Assembly: GCF_964355755.1 (NCBI RefSeq)
Contig: NC_092678.1
Location: 10,290,352-10,354,351, forward strand
Source: Antedon mediterranea
Taxonomy: Eukaryota; Animalia; Echinodermata
Direction of reading: 5' to 3'
Length of the DNA stretch: 64,000 nt
Translations under genes and position numbers: made by a program
Notes under the pieces: model-generated
What the model was told of the DNA's origin: nothing
What the model saw: only the letters and a program-made list of their open reading frames with translations
The model's database searches: none
Part shown: positions 1 through 10,670 of the stretch, in pieces
How positions within the stretch are numbered: position 1 is the stretch's first letter
How the letters are laid out: the number at the start of each line of letters is the position of its first letter

Positions 1-9
1 CGATTTGAA

Positions 10-611
10 GCTTTTCTAAGCACTTTGGTGTTTTTATGTTAACAAGTTTTTTCGAAAATCACAAAATGGTCTAAAACGTCTCCAAATGCGATTTGAAGAT
101 ATTCTGAGCACTTTGGTGTTTTTATGTTAAAAAGTATTTTCGAAAATCACAAAATGGTCTAAAACGTCTCCAAATGCGATTTGAAGCTCTTCTGTACACT
201 TTGATGTTTTGTGTGAAAAAGTTTAGTCGAAATGCTCAAAATGGTCTAAAACGTTTTTAAAACGATATTAAGCTATTTTGTGCTCTTTGATGTTTTTGTG
301 TAACCAAGTTTCATCGAAAATCACAAAATGGTCTAAAACGTCTCCAAATGCGATTTGAAGCTTTTCCAAGCACTTTGCTGTTTTTATGTTAACAAGTTTT
401 TTCGAAAATCACAAAATGGTCTAAAACGTCTCAAAATACGATATTAAGCTGTTTTGTGCACTTTGATGATTTGTGTGAAAAGTTTTAACGAAATGCTCAA
501 AATGGTCTAAAACGGTTTCTAATGTGATTTTAAGCACTTTGATGTTTTTATGTAGCCAAGTTTTTTCGAAAATCACAAAATGGTCAAAAACGTCTCCAAA
601 TGCGATTTGAA
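10..611 (+). repeat. Representative 7-monomer higher-order unit (A-B-C-D-A'-G-F, 602 bp)
   Basis: Monomer starts and types: 10 (A gcttttctaag, 88), 98 (B gatattctgag, 88), 186 (C gctcttctgtac, 86), 272 (D gctattttgtgctc, 88), 360 (A' gcttttccaag, 88), 448 (G gctgttttgtgcac, 86), 534 (F gcactttgatg, 78). A-B-C-D restarts at 612. Confidence 0.8.
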
Positions 612-1048
612 GCTTTTCTAAGCACTTTGGTGTTTTTATGTTAACAAGTTTTTTCGAAAATCACAAAATGGTCTAAAACGTCTTCAAATGCGATTTGAAG
701 ATATTCTGAGCACTTTGGTGTTTTTCTGTTAAAAAGTATTTTCGAAAATCACAAAATGGTCTATAACGTCTCCAAATGCGATTTGAAGCTATTCTGTACA
801 CTTTGATGTTTTGTGTGAAAAAGTTTTGTCAAAATGCTCAAAATGGTCTAAAACGTTTTTAAAACGATATTAAGCTATTTTGTGCTCTTTGATGTGTTTG
901 TATAACCAAGTTTTTTCGAAAATCACAAAATGGTCTAAAACGTCTCCAAATGCGATTTAAAGCTATTCTAGACACTTTGATGTTTTGTGTGAAAAATTTT
1001 CTCGAAATGCTCAAAATGGTCTAAAACGTTTTCCAATACCATTATTAA

Positions 1049-1106
1049 GCTATTTTGTGCAATTTGATGTTTTTGTGTAACCAAGTTTTTTGAAATGCGA
1101 TTTGAA
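1049..1106 (+). repeat. 58-bp truncated monomer lacking the conserved core (11 copies seen)
   Basis: The sequence is '...gcaatttgatg...ccaagttttttgaaatgcgatttgaa'. Starts: 1049, 8821, 10095, 18831, 22402, 23589, 32756, 33943, 40962, 54491, 55678. Confidence 0.9.
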
Positions 1107-2988
1107 GATATTCTGAGGACTTTGGTGTTTTTATGTTAAAAAGTTTTTTCGAAAATCACAAAATGGTCTAAAACGTCTCCAAATGCGATTTGAAGATATT
1201 CTGAGCACTTTGGTGTTTTTATGTTAAAAAGTTTTTTGGAAAATCACAAAATGGTCTAAAACGACTCCAAATGCGATTTGAAGCTATCCTGTACACTTTG
1301 ATGTTTTGTGTGAAAAAGTTTTGTCGAAATGCTCAAAATGATCTAAAACGTTTTTAAAACGATATTAAGCTATTTTGTGCTCTTTGATGTTTTTGTGTAT
1401 CCAAGTTTCATCGAAATGAACAAAATGGTCTAAAACGTTTTTAAATACCATATTAAGCTGTTTTGTGCACTTTGATGATTTGTGTGAAAAGTTTTAACGA
1501 AATGCTCAAAATAGTCTAAAACGGTTTCTAATGTGATTTTAAGCACTTTGATGTTTTTGTGTAACCAAGTTTTATCGAAATGAACAAAATGGTCTAAAAC
1601 GTCTCCAAATGCGATTTGAAGCTTTTCCAAGCACTTTGCTGTTTTTATATTAGGTTTTTTCGAAAATCACAAAATGGTCTAAAACGTCTCTAAATGCGAT
1701 TTGAAGGTATTCTGAGCAATTTGGTGTTTTTGTGTGAAAAGTTTTAACGAAATGCTCAAAATTGTCTAAAACGGTTTCTAATGTGATTTTAAGCACTTTG
1801 ATGTTTTTGTAAAACCAAGTTTCATCGAAATGCACAAAATGGTCTAAAACGTCTCCAAATGCGATTTGAAGCTATTCTGTACACTTTGATGTTTTGTGTG
1901 AAAAAAGTTTTGTCGAAATGCTCAAAATGGTCTAAAACGTTTTTAAAACGATATTAAGCTATTTTGTGCTCTTTGATGTTTTTGTGTAACCAAGTTTCAT
2001 CGAAAATCACAAAATGGTCTAAAACGTCTCAAAATGCGATTTGAAGGTATTCTGAGCACTTTGGTGTTTTTGTGTGAAAAGTTTTAACGAAATGCTCAAA
2101 ATTGTCTAAAACGGTTTCTAATGTGATTTTAAGCACTTTGATGTTTTTGTAAAACCAAGTTTCATCGAAATGCACAAAATGGTCTAAAATGTCTCCAAAT
2201 GCGATTTGAAGCTTTTCCAAGCACTTTGCTGTTTTTATGTTAACAAGCTTTTTCGAAAATCACAAAATGGTCTAAAACGTCTCCAAATGTGATTTGAAGA
2301 TATTCTGAGCACTTTGGTATTTTTATGTTAAAAAGTTTTTTCGAAAATCACAAAATGGTCTAAAACGTCTCCAAATGCGATTTGAAGATATTCTGAGCAC
2401 TTTGGTGTTTTTATGTTAAAAAGTTTTTTCGAAAATCACAAAATGGTCTAAAACGTCTCCAAATGCGATTTGAAGCTATTCTGTACACTTTGATGTTTTG
2501 TGTGAAAAAGTTTTGTCGAAATGCTCAAAATGGTTTAAAACGTTTTTAAAACGATATTAAGCTATTTTGTGCTCTTTGATGTTTTTGTATAACCAAGTTT
2601 CATCGAAATGCACAAAATGGTCTAAAACGTCTCCAAATACGATTTGAAGCTTTTCCAAGCACTTTGCTGTTTTTATGTTAACAAGTTTTTTCGAAAATCA
2701 CAAAATTGTCTAAAACGTCTCAAAATGCGATTTGAAGGTATTCTGAGCACTTTGGTGTTTTTGTGTGAAAAGTTTTAACGAAAAGCTCAAAATGGTCTAA
2801 AACGGTTCTAATGTGATTTTAAGCACTTTGATGTTTTTGTACAACCAAGTTTCATCGAAATGCTCAAAATGGTCTAAAACGTTTTTAAAACGATATTAAG
2901 CTATTTTGTGCTCTTTGATGTTTTTGTGTAACCAAGTTTTTTTCGAAAATCACAAAATGGTCTAAAACGTCTCCAAATGCGATTTGAA

Positions 2989-3495
2989 GCTTTTCTAAGC
3001 ACTTTGGTGTTTTTATGTTAACAAGTTTTTTCGAAAATCGCAAAATGGTCTAAAACGTCTCAAAATGCGATTTGAAGGTATTCTGAGCACTTTGGTGTTT
3101 TTGTGTGAAAAGTTTTAACGAAATGCTCAAAATGGTCTAAAACGGTTTCTAATGTGATTTTAACCACTTTGATGTTTTTGTGTAACCAAGTTCTTTTCGA
3201 AAATCACAAAATGGTCTAAAACGTCTCCAAATGCGATTTGAAGCTTTTCTAAGCACTTTGGTGTTTTTATGTTAACAAGTTTTTTCGAAAATCACAAAAT
3301 GGTCTAAAACGTCTCAAAATGCGATTTGAAGGTATTCTGAGCACTTTGGTGTTTTTGTGTGAAAAGTTTTAACGAAATGCTCAAAATGGTCTAAAACGGT
3401 TTCTAATGTGATTTTAACCACTTTGATGTTTTTGTGTAACCAAGTTTTTTCGAAAATCACAAAATGGTCTAAAACGTCTCCAAATGCGATTTGAA
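2989..3495 (+). repeat. Tandem A-E-F trimer x2 (254 + 253 bp)
   Basis: A starts at 2989, 3243 and 3496. Each unit is A(88) + E(ggtattctgag...ggtttctaatgtgattttaa, 87) + F(78/79). The doublet recurs many times, marked by 'aatcgc', 'aaccacttt' and 'gttcttttcg'. Confidence 0.85.
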
Positions 3496-4307
3496 GCTTT
3501 TCTAAGCACTTTGGTGTTTTTATGTTAACAAGTTTTTTCGAAAATCACAAAATGGTCTAAAACGTCTCCAAATGCGATTTGAAGCTATTCTGTACACTTT
3601 GATGTTTTGTGTGAAAAAAGTTTTGTCGAAATGCTCAAAATGGTCTAAAACGTTTTTAAAACGATATTAAGCTATTTTGTGCTCTTTGATGTTTTTGTGT
3701 AACCAAGTTTTATCGAAATGAACAAAATGTTCTAAAACGTCTCCAAATGCGATTTGAAGGTATTCTGAGCACTTTGGTGTTTTTGTGTGAAAAGTTTTAA
3801 CGAAATGCTCAAAATTGTCTAAAACGGTTTCTAATGTGATTTTAAGCACTTTGATGTTTTTGTAAAACCAAGTTTCATCGAAATGCACAAAATGGTCTAA
3901 AACGTCTCCAAATGCGATTTGAAGCTTTTCCAAGCACTTTGCTGTTTTTATGTTAACAAGCTTTTTCGAAAATCACAAAATGGTCTAAAACGTCTCCAAA
4001 TGCGATTTGAAGATATTCTGAGCACTTTGGTGTTTTTATGTTAAAAAGTTTTTTCGAAAATCACAAAATGGTCTAAAACGTCTCCAAATGCGATTTGAAG
4101 CTCTTCTGTACACTTTGATGTTTTGTGTGAAAAAGTTTTGTCAAAATGCTCAAAATGGTCTAAAACGTTTTTAAAACGATATTAAGCTATTTTGTGCTCT
4201 TTGATGTTTTTGTATAACCAAGTTTTTTCGAAAATCACAAAATTGTCTAAAACGTCTCCAAATGCGATTTGAAGATATTCTGAGCACTTTGGTGTTTTTA
4301 TGTTAAA

Positions 4308-6056
4308 AAGTTTTTTCGAAAATCACAAAATGGTCTAAAACGTCTCCAAATGCGATTTGAAGATATTCTGAGCACTTTGGTGTTTTTATGTTAAAAAGTT
4401 TTTTCGAAAATCACAAAATGGTCTAAAACGTCTCCAAATGCGATTTGAAGCTATTCTGTACACTTTGATGTTTTGTGTGAAAAAGTTTTGTCGAAATGCT
4501 CAAAATGGTTTAAAACGTTTTTAAAACGATATTAAGCTATTTTGTGCTCTTTGATGTTTTTGTGTAACCAAGTTTTTTTCGAAAATCACAAAATGGTCTA
4601 AAACGTCTCCAAATGCGATTTGAAGCTTTTCTAAGCACTTTGGTGTTTTTATGTTAACAAGTTTTTTCGAAAATCGCAAAATGGTCTAAAACGTCTCAAA
4701 ATGCGATTTGAAGGTATTCTGAGCACTTTGGTGTTTTTTTGTGAAAAGTTTTAACGAAATGCTCAAAATGGTCTAAAACGGTTTCTAATGTGATTTTAAC
4801 CACTTTGATGTTTTTGTGTAACCAAGTTCTTTTCGAAAATCACAAAATGGTCTAAAACGTCTCCAAATGCGATTTGAAGCTTTTCTAAGCACTTTGGTGT
4901 TTTTATGTTAACAAGTTTTTTCGAAAATCACAAAATGGTCTAAAACGTCTCAAAATGCGATTTGAAGGTATTCTGAGCACTTTGGTGTTTTTGTGTGAAA
5001 AGTTTTAACGAAATGCTCAAAATGGTCTAAAACGGTTTCTAATGTGATTTTAACCACTTTGATGTTTTTGTGTAACCAAGTTTTATCGAAATGAACAAAA
5101 TGTTCTAAAAAGTCTCCAAATGCGATTTGAAGCTTTTCCAAGCACTTTGCTGTTTTTATGTTAAGTTTTTTCGAAAATCACAAAATGGTCTAAAACGTCT
5201 CCAAATGCGATTTGAAGATATTCTGAGCACTTTGGTGTTTTTATGTTAAAAAGTTTTTTCGAAAATCACAAAATGGTCTAAAACGTCTCCAAATGCGATT
5301 TGAAGCTATTCTGTACACTTTGATGTTTTGTGTGAAAAAGTTTTGTCGAAATGCTCAAAATGGTTTAAAACGTTTTTAAAACGATATTAAGCTATTTTGT
5401 GCTCTTTGATGTTTTTGTGTAACCAAGTTTTTTTCGAAAATCACAAAATGGTCTAAAACGTCTCCAAATGCGATTTGAAGCTTTTCTAAGCACTTTGGTG
5501 TTTTTATGTTAACAAGTTTTTTCGAAAATCGCAAAATGGTCTAAAACGTCTCAAAATGCGATTTGAAGGTATTCTGAGCACTTTGGTGTTTTTGTGTGAA
5601 AAGTTTTAACGAAATGCTCAAAATGGTCTAAAACGGTTTCTAATGTGATTTTAACCACTTTGATGTTTTTGTGTAACCAAGTTCTTTTCGAAAATCACAA
5701 AATGGTCTAAAACGTCTCCAAATGCGATTTGAAGCTTTTCTAAGCACTTTGGTGTTTTTATGTTAACAAGTTTTTTCGAAAATCACAAAATGGTCTAAAA
5801 CGTCTCAAAATGCGATTTGAAGGTATTCTGAGCACTTTGGTGTTTTTGTGTGAAAAGTTTTAACGAAATGCTCAAAATGGTCTAAAACGGTTTCTAATGT
5901 GATTTTAACCACTTTGATGTTTTTGTGTAACCAAGTTTTATCGAAATGAACAAAATGTTCTAAAAAGTCTCCAAATGCGATTTGAAGCTTTTCCAAGCAC
6001 TTTGCTGTTTTTATGTTAAGTTTTTTCGAAAATCACAAAATGGTCTAAAACGTCTC
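4308..6056 (+). repeat. Recent 855-bp (10-monomer) tandem duplication
   Basis: The variant 'tgttctaaaaagtctcc' is at 5101 and 5956, and identical ORFs start at 4950 and 5805; both offsets are 855. Confidence 0.9.
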
Positions 6057-8379
6057 TAAATGCGATTTGAAGGTATTCTGAGCACTTTGGTGTTTTTGTG
6101 TGAAAAGTTTTAACGAAATGCTCAAAATTGTCTAAAACGGTTTCTAATGTGATTTTAAGCACTTTGATGTTTTTGTAAAACCAAGTTTCATCGAAATGCA
6201 CAAAATGGTCTAAAACGTCTCCAAATGCGATTTGAAGCTTTTCCAAGCACTTTGCTGTTTTTATGTTAACAAGCTTTTTCGAAAATCACAAAATGGTCTA
6301 AAACGTCTCCAAATGCGATTTGAAGATATTCTGAGCACTTTGGTGTTTTTATGTTAAAAAGTTTTTTCGAAAATCACAAAATGGTCTAAAACGTCTCCAA
6401 ATGCGATTTGAAGCTCTTCTGTACACTTTGATGTTTTGTGTGAAAAAGTTTTGTCAAAATGCTCAAAATGGTCTAAAACGTTTTTAAAACGATATTAAGC
6501 TATTTTGTGCTCTTTGATGTTTTTGTATAACCAAGTTTTTTCGAAAATCACAAAATTGTCTAAAACGTCTCCAAATGCGATTTGAAGATATTCTGAGCAC
6601 TTTGGTGTTTTTATGTTAAAAAGTTTTTTCGAAAATCACAAAATGGTCTAAAACGTCTCCAAATGCGATTTGAAGATATTCTGAGCACTTTGGTGTTTTT
6701 ATGTTAAAAAGTTTTTTCGAAAATCACAAAATGGTCTAAAACGTCTCCAAATGCGATTTGAAGCTATTCTGTACACTTTGATGTTTTGTGTGAAAAAGTT
6801 TTGTCGAAATGCTCAAAATGGTTTAAAACGTTTTTAAAACGATATTAAGCTATTTTGTGCTCTTTGATGTTTTTGTATAACCAAGTTTCATCGAAATGCA
6901 CAAAATGGTCTAAAACGTCTCCAAATACGATTTGAAGCTTTTCCAAGCACTTTGCTGTTTTTATGTTAACAAGTTTTTTCGAAAATCACAAAATTGTCTA
7001 AAACGTCTCAAAATGCGATTTGAAGGTATTCTGAGCACTTTGGTGTTTTTGTGTGAAAAGTTTTAACGAAAAGCTCAAAATGGTCTAAAACGGTTCTAAT
7101 GTGATTTTAAGCACTTTGATGTTTTTGTACAACCAAGTTTCATCGAAATGCTCAAAATGGTCTAAAACGTTTTTAAAACGATATTAAGCTATTTTGTGCT
7201 CTTTGATGTTTTTGTGTAACCAAGTTTTTTTCGAAAATCACAAAATGGTCTAAAACGTCTCCAAATGCGATTTGAAGCTTTTCTAAGCACTTTGGTGTTT
7301 TTATGTTAACAAGTTTTTTCGAAAATCGCAAAATGGTCTAAAACGTCTCAAAATGCGATTTGAAGGTATTCTGAGCACTTTGGTGTTTTTGTGTGAAAAG
7401 TTTTAACGAAATGCTCAAAATGGTCTAAAACGGTTTCTAATGTGATTTTAACCACTTTGATGTTTTTGTGTAACCAAGTTCTTTTCGAAAATCACAAAAT
7501 GGTCTAAAACGTCTCCAAATGCGATTTGAAGCTTTTCTAAGCACTTTGGTGTTTTTATGTTAACAAGTTTTTTTCGAAAATCACAAAATGGTCTAAAACG
7601 TCTCAAAATGCGATTTGAAGGTATTCTGAGCACTTTGGTGTTTTTGTGTGAAAAGTTTTAACGAAATGCTCAAAATGGTCTAAAACGGTTTCTAATGTGA
7701 TTTTAACCACTTTGATGTTTTTGTGTAACCAAGTTTTTTCGAAAATCACAAAATGGTCTAAAACGTCTCCAAATGCGATTTGAAGCTTTTCTAAGCACTT
7801 TGGTGTTTTTATGTTAACAAGTTTTTTCGAAAATCACAAAATGGTCTAAAACGTCTCCAAATGCGATTTGAAGCTATTCTGTACACTTTGATGTTTTGTG
7901 TGAAAAAAGTTTTGTCGAAATGCTCAAAATGGTCTAAAACGTTTTTAAAACGATATTAAGCTATTTTGTGCTCTTTGATGTTTTTGTGTAACCAAGTTTT
8001 ATCGAAATGAACAAAATGTTCTAAAACGTCTCCAAATGCGATTTGAAGCTTTTCCAAGCACTTTGCTGTTTTTATGTTAAGTTTTTTCGAAAATCACAAA
8101 ATGGTCTAAAACGTCTCTAAATGCGATTTGAAGGTATTCTGAGCACTTTGGTGTTTTTGTGTGAAAAGTTTTAACGAAATGCTCAAAATTGTCTAAAACG
8201 GTTTCTAATGTGATTTTAAGCACTTTGATGTTTTTGTAAAACCAAGTTTCATCGAAATGCACAAAATGGTCTAAAACGTCTCCAAATGCGATTTGAAGCT
8301 TTTCCAAGCACTTTGCTGTTTTTATGTTAACAAGCTTTTTCGAAAATCACAAAATGGTCTAAAACGTCTCCAAATGCGA

Positions 8380-10670
8380 TTTGAAGCTATTCTGTACACT
8401 TTGATGTTTTGTGTGAAAAAGTTTTGTCGAAATGCTCAAAATGGTTTAAAACGTTTTTAAAACGATATTAAGTTATTTTGTGCTCTTTGATGTTTTTGTG
8501 TAACCAAGTTTCATCGAAATGAACAAAATGGTCTAAAACGTCTCCAAATGCGATTTGAAGCTTTTCCAAGCACTTTGCTGTTTTTATGTTAACAAGTTTT
8601 TTCGAAAATCACAAAATGGTGTAAAACGTCTCAAAATGCGATTTGAAGGTATTCTGAGCACTTTGGTGTTTTTGTGTGAAAAGTTTTAACGAAATGCTCA
8701 AAATGGTCTAAAACGGTTCTAATGTGATTTTAAGCTATTCTAGACACTTTGATGTTTTGTGTGAAAAAGTTTTCTCGAAATGCTCAAAATGGTCTAAAAC
8801 GTTTTCCAATACCACATTAAGCTATTTTGTGCAATTTGATGTTTTTGTGTAACCAAGTTTTTTGAAATGCGATTTGAAGATATTCTGAGGACTCTGGTGT
8901 TTTTATGTTAAAAAGTTTTTTCGAAAATCACAAAATGGTCTAAAACGTCTCCAAATGCGATTTGAAGATATTCTGAGCACTTTGGTGTTTTTATGTTAAA
9001 AAGTTTTTTCGAAAATCACAAAATGGTCTAAAACGTCTCCAAATGCGAGTTGAAGCTATTCTGTACACTTTGATGTTTTGTGTGAAAAAGTTTTGTCGAA
9101 ATGCTCAAAATGGTCTAAAACGTTTTTAAAACGATATTAAGCTATTTTGTGCTCTTTGATGTTTTTGTGTAACCAAGTTTTTTCGAAAATCACAAAATGG
9201 TCTAAAACGTCTCCAAATGCGATTTGAAGCTTTTCTAAGCACTTTGGTGTTTTTATGTTAACAAGTTTTTTCGCAAATCACAAAATGGTCTAAAACGTCT
9301 CCAAATGCGATTTGAAGATATTCTGAGCACATTGGTGTTTTTATGTTAAAAAAGTTTTTTCGAAAATCACAAAATGGTCTAAAACGTTTCCAAATGCGAT
9401 TTGAAGCTCTTCTGTACACTTTGATGTTTTGTGTGAAAAAGTTTTTTCGAAATGCTCAAAATGGTCTAAAACGTTTTTAAATACGATATTAAGCTGTTTT
9501 GTGCACTTTGATGGTTTGTGTGAAAAGTTTTAACGAAATGCTCAAAATGGTCAAAAACGGTTTCTAATGTGATTTTAAGCACTTTGATGTTTTTGTGTAA
9601 CCAAGTTTTTTCGAAAATCACAAATTGGTCTAAAACGTCTCCAAATGCGATTTGAAGCTTTTCTAAACACTTTGGTGCTTTTATGTTAACAAGTTTTTTC
9701 GAAAATCACAAAATGGTCTAAAACGTCTCCAAATGCGATTTGAAGCTTTTCTAAACACTTTGGTGTTTTTATGTTAACAAGTTTTTTCGAAAATCACAAA
9801 ATGGTCTAAAACGTCTTCAAATGCGATTTGAAGATATTCTGAGCACTTTGGTGTTTTTCTGTTAAAAAGTTTTTTCGAAAATCACAAAATGGTCTAAAAC
9901 GTCTCCAAATGCGATTTGAAGCTCTTCTGTACACTTTGATGTTTTGTGTGAAAAAGTTTTTTCGAAAATCACAAAATGGTCTAAAACGTCTCCAAATGCG
10001 ATTTGAAGCTCTTCTGTACACTTTGATGTTTTGTGTGAAAAAGTTTTCTCGAAATGCTCAAAATGGTCTAAAACGTTTTCCAATACCATATTAAGCTATT
10101 TTGTGCAATTTGATGTTTTTAAGTAACCAAGTTTTTTGAAATGCGATTTGAAGATATTCTGAGCACTTTGGTGTTTTTATGTTAAAAAGTTTTTTCGAAA
10201 ATCACAAAATGGTCTAAAACGTCTCCAAATGCGATTTGAAGATATTCTGAGCACTTTGGTGTTTTTATGTTAAAAAGTTTTTTCGAAAATCACAAAATGG
10301 TCTAAAACGTCTCCAAATGCGATTTGAAGCTATTCTGTACACTTTGATGTTTTGTGTGAAAAAGTTTTGTCGAAATGCTCAAAATGGTCTAAAACGTTTT
10401 TAAAACGATATTAAGCTATTTTGTGCTCTTTGATGTTTTTGTGTAACCAAGTTTTTTCGAAAATCACAAAATGGTCTAAAACGTCTCCAAATGCGATTTG
10501 AAGCTTTTCTAAGCACTTTGGTGTTTTTATGTTAACAAGTTTTTTCGAAAATCACAAAATGGTCTAAAACGTCTCAAAATGCGATTTGAAGGTATTCTGA
10601 GCACTTTGGTGTTTTTGTGTGAAAAGTTTTAACGAAATGCTCAAAATGGTCTAAAACGGTTTCTAATGTG
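8380..10670 (+). repeat. ~2.2-kb block, copy 1 of 4 (others at ~21.96-24.17k, 32.3-34.5k, 54.05-56.25k)
   Basis: The copies share an ordered set of rare markers: ggtgtaaaa, ggactctgg (actctgg at 8891, 22472, 32826, 54561), gcgagttg, tcgcaaatc, cacattgg, gatggtttg, ggtgcttttat. Confidence 0.9.

Noticed and set aside
51-67. CENP-B box at 'ttcgaaaatcacaaa'
   Set aside because: Only TTCG matches. The required A and CGGG of TTCGnnnnAnnCGGG are absent.
1-88. Assignment to a named satellite family or species
   Set aside because: I do not recognise the consensus with confidence; a database search is needed.
9806-10094. Three overlapping unique ORFs, including the only plus-strand ORF
   Set aside because: They result from the in-frame 87-bp monomer duplication at 9921-10007.
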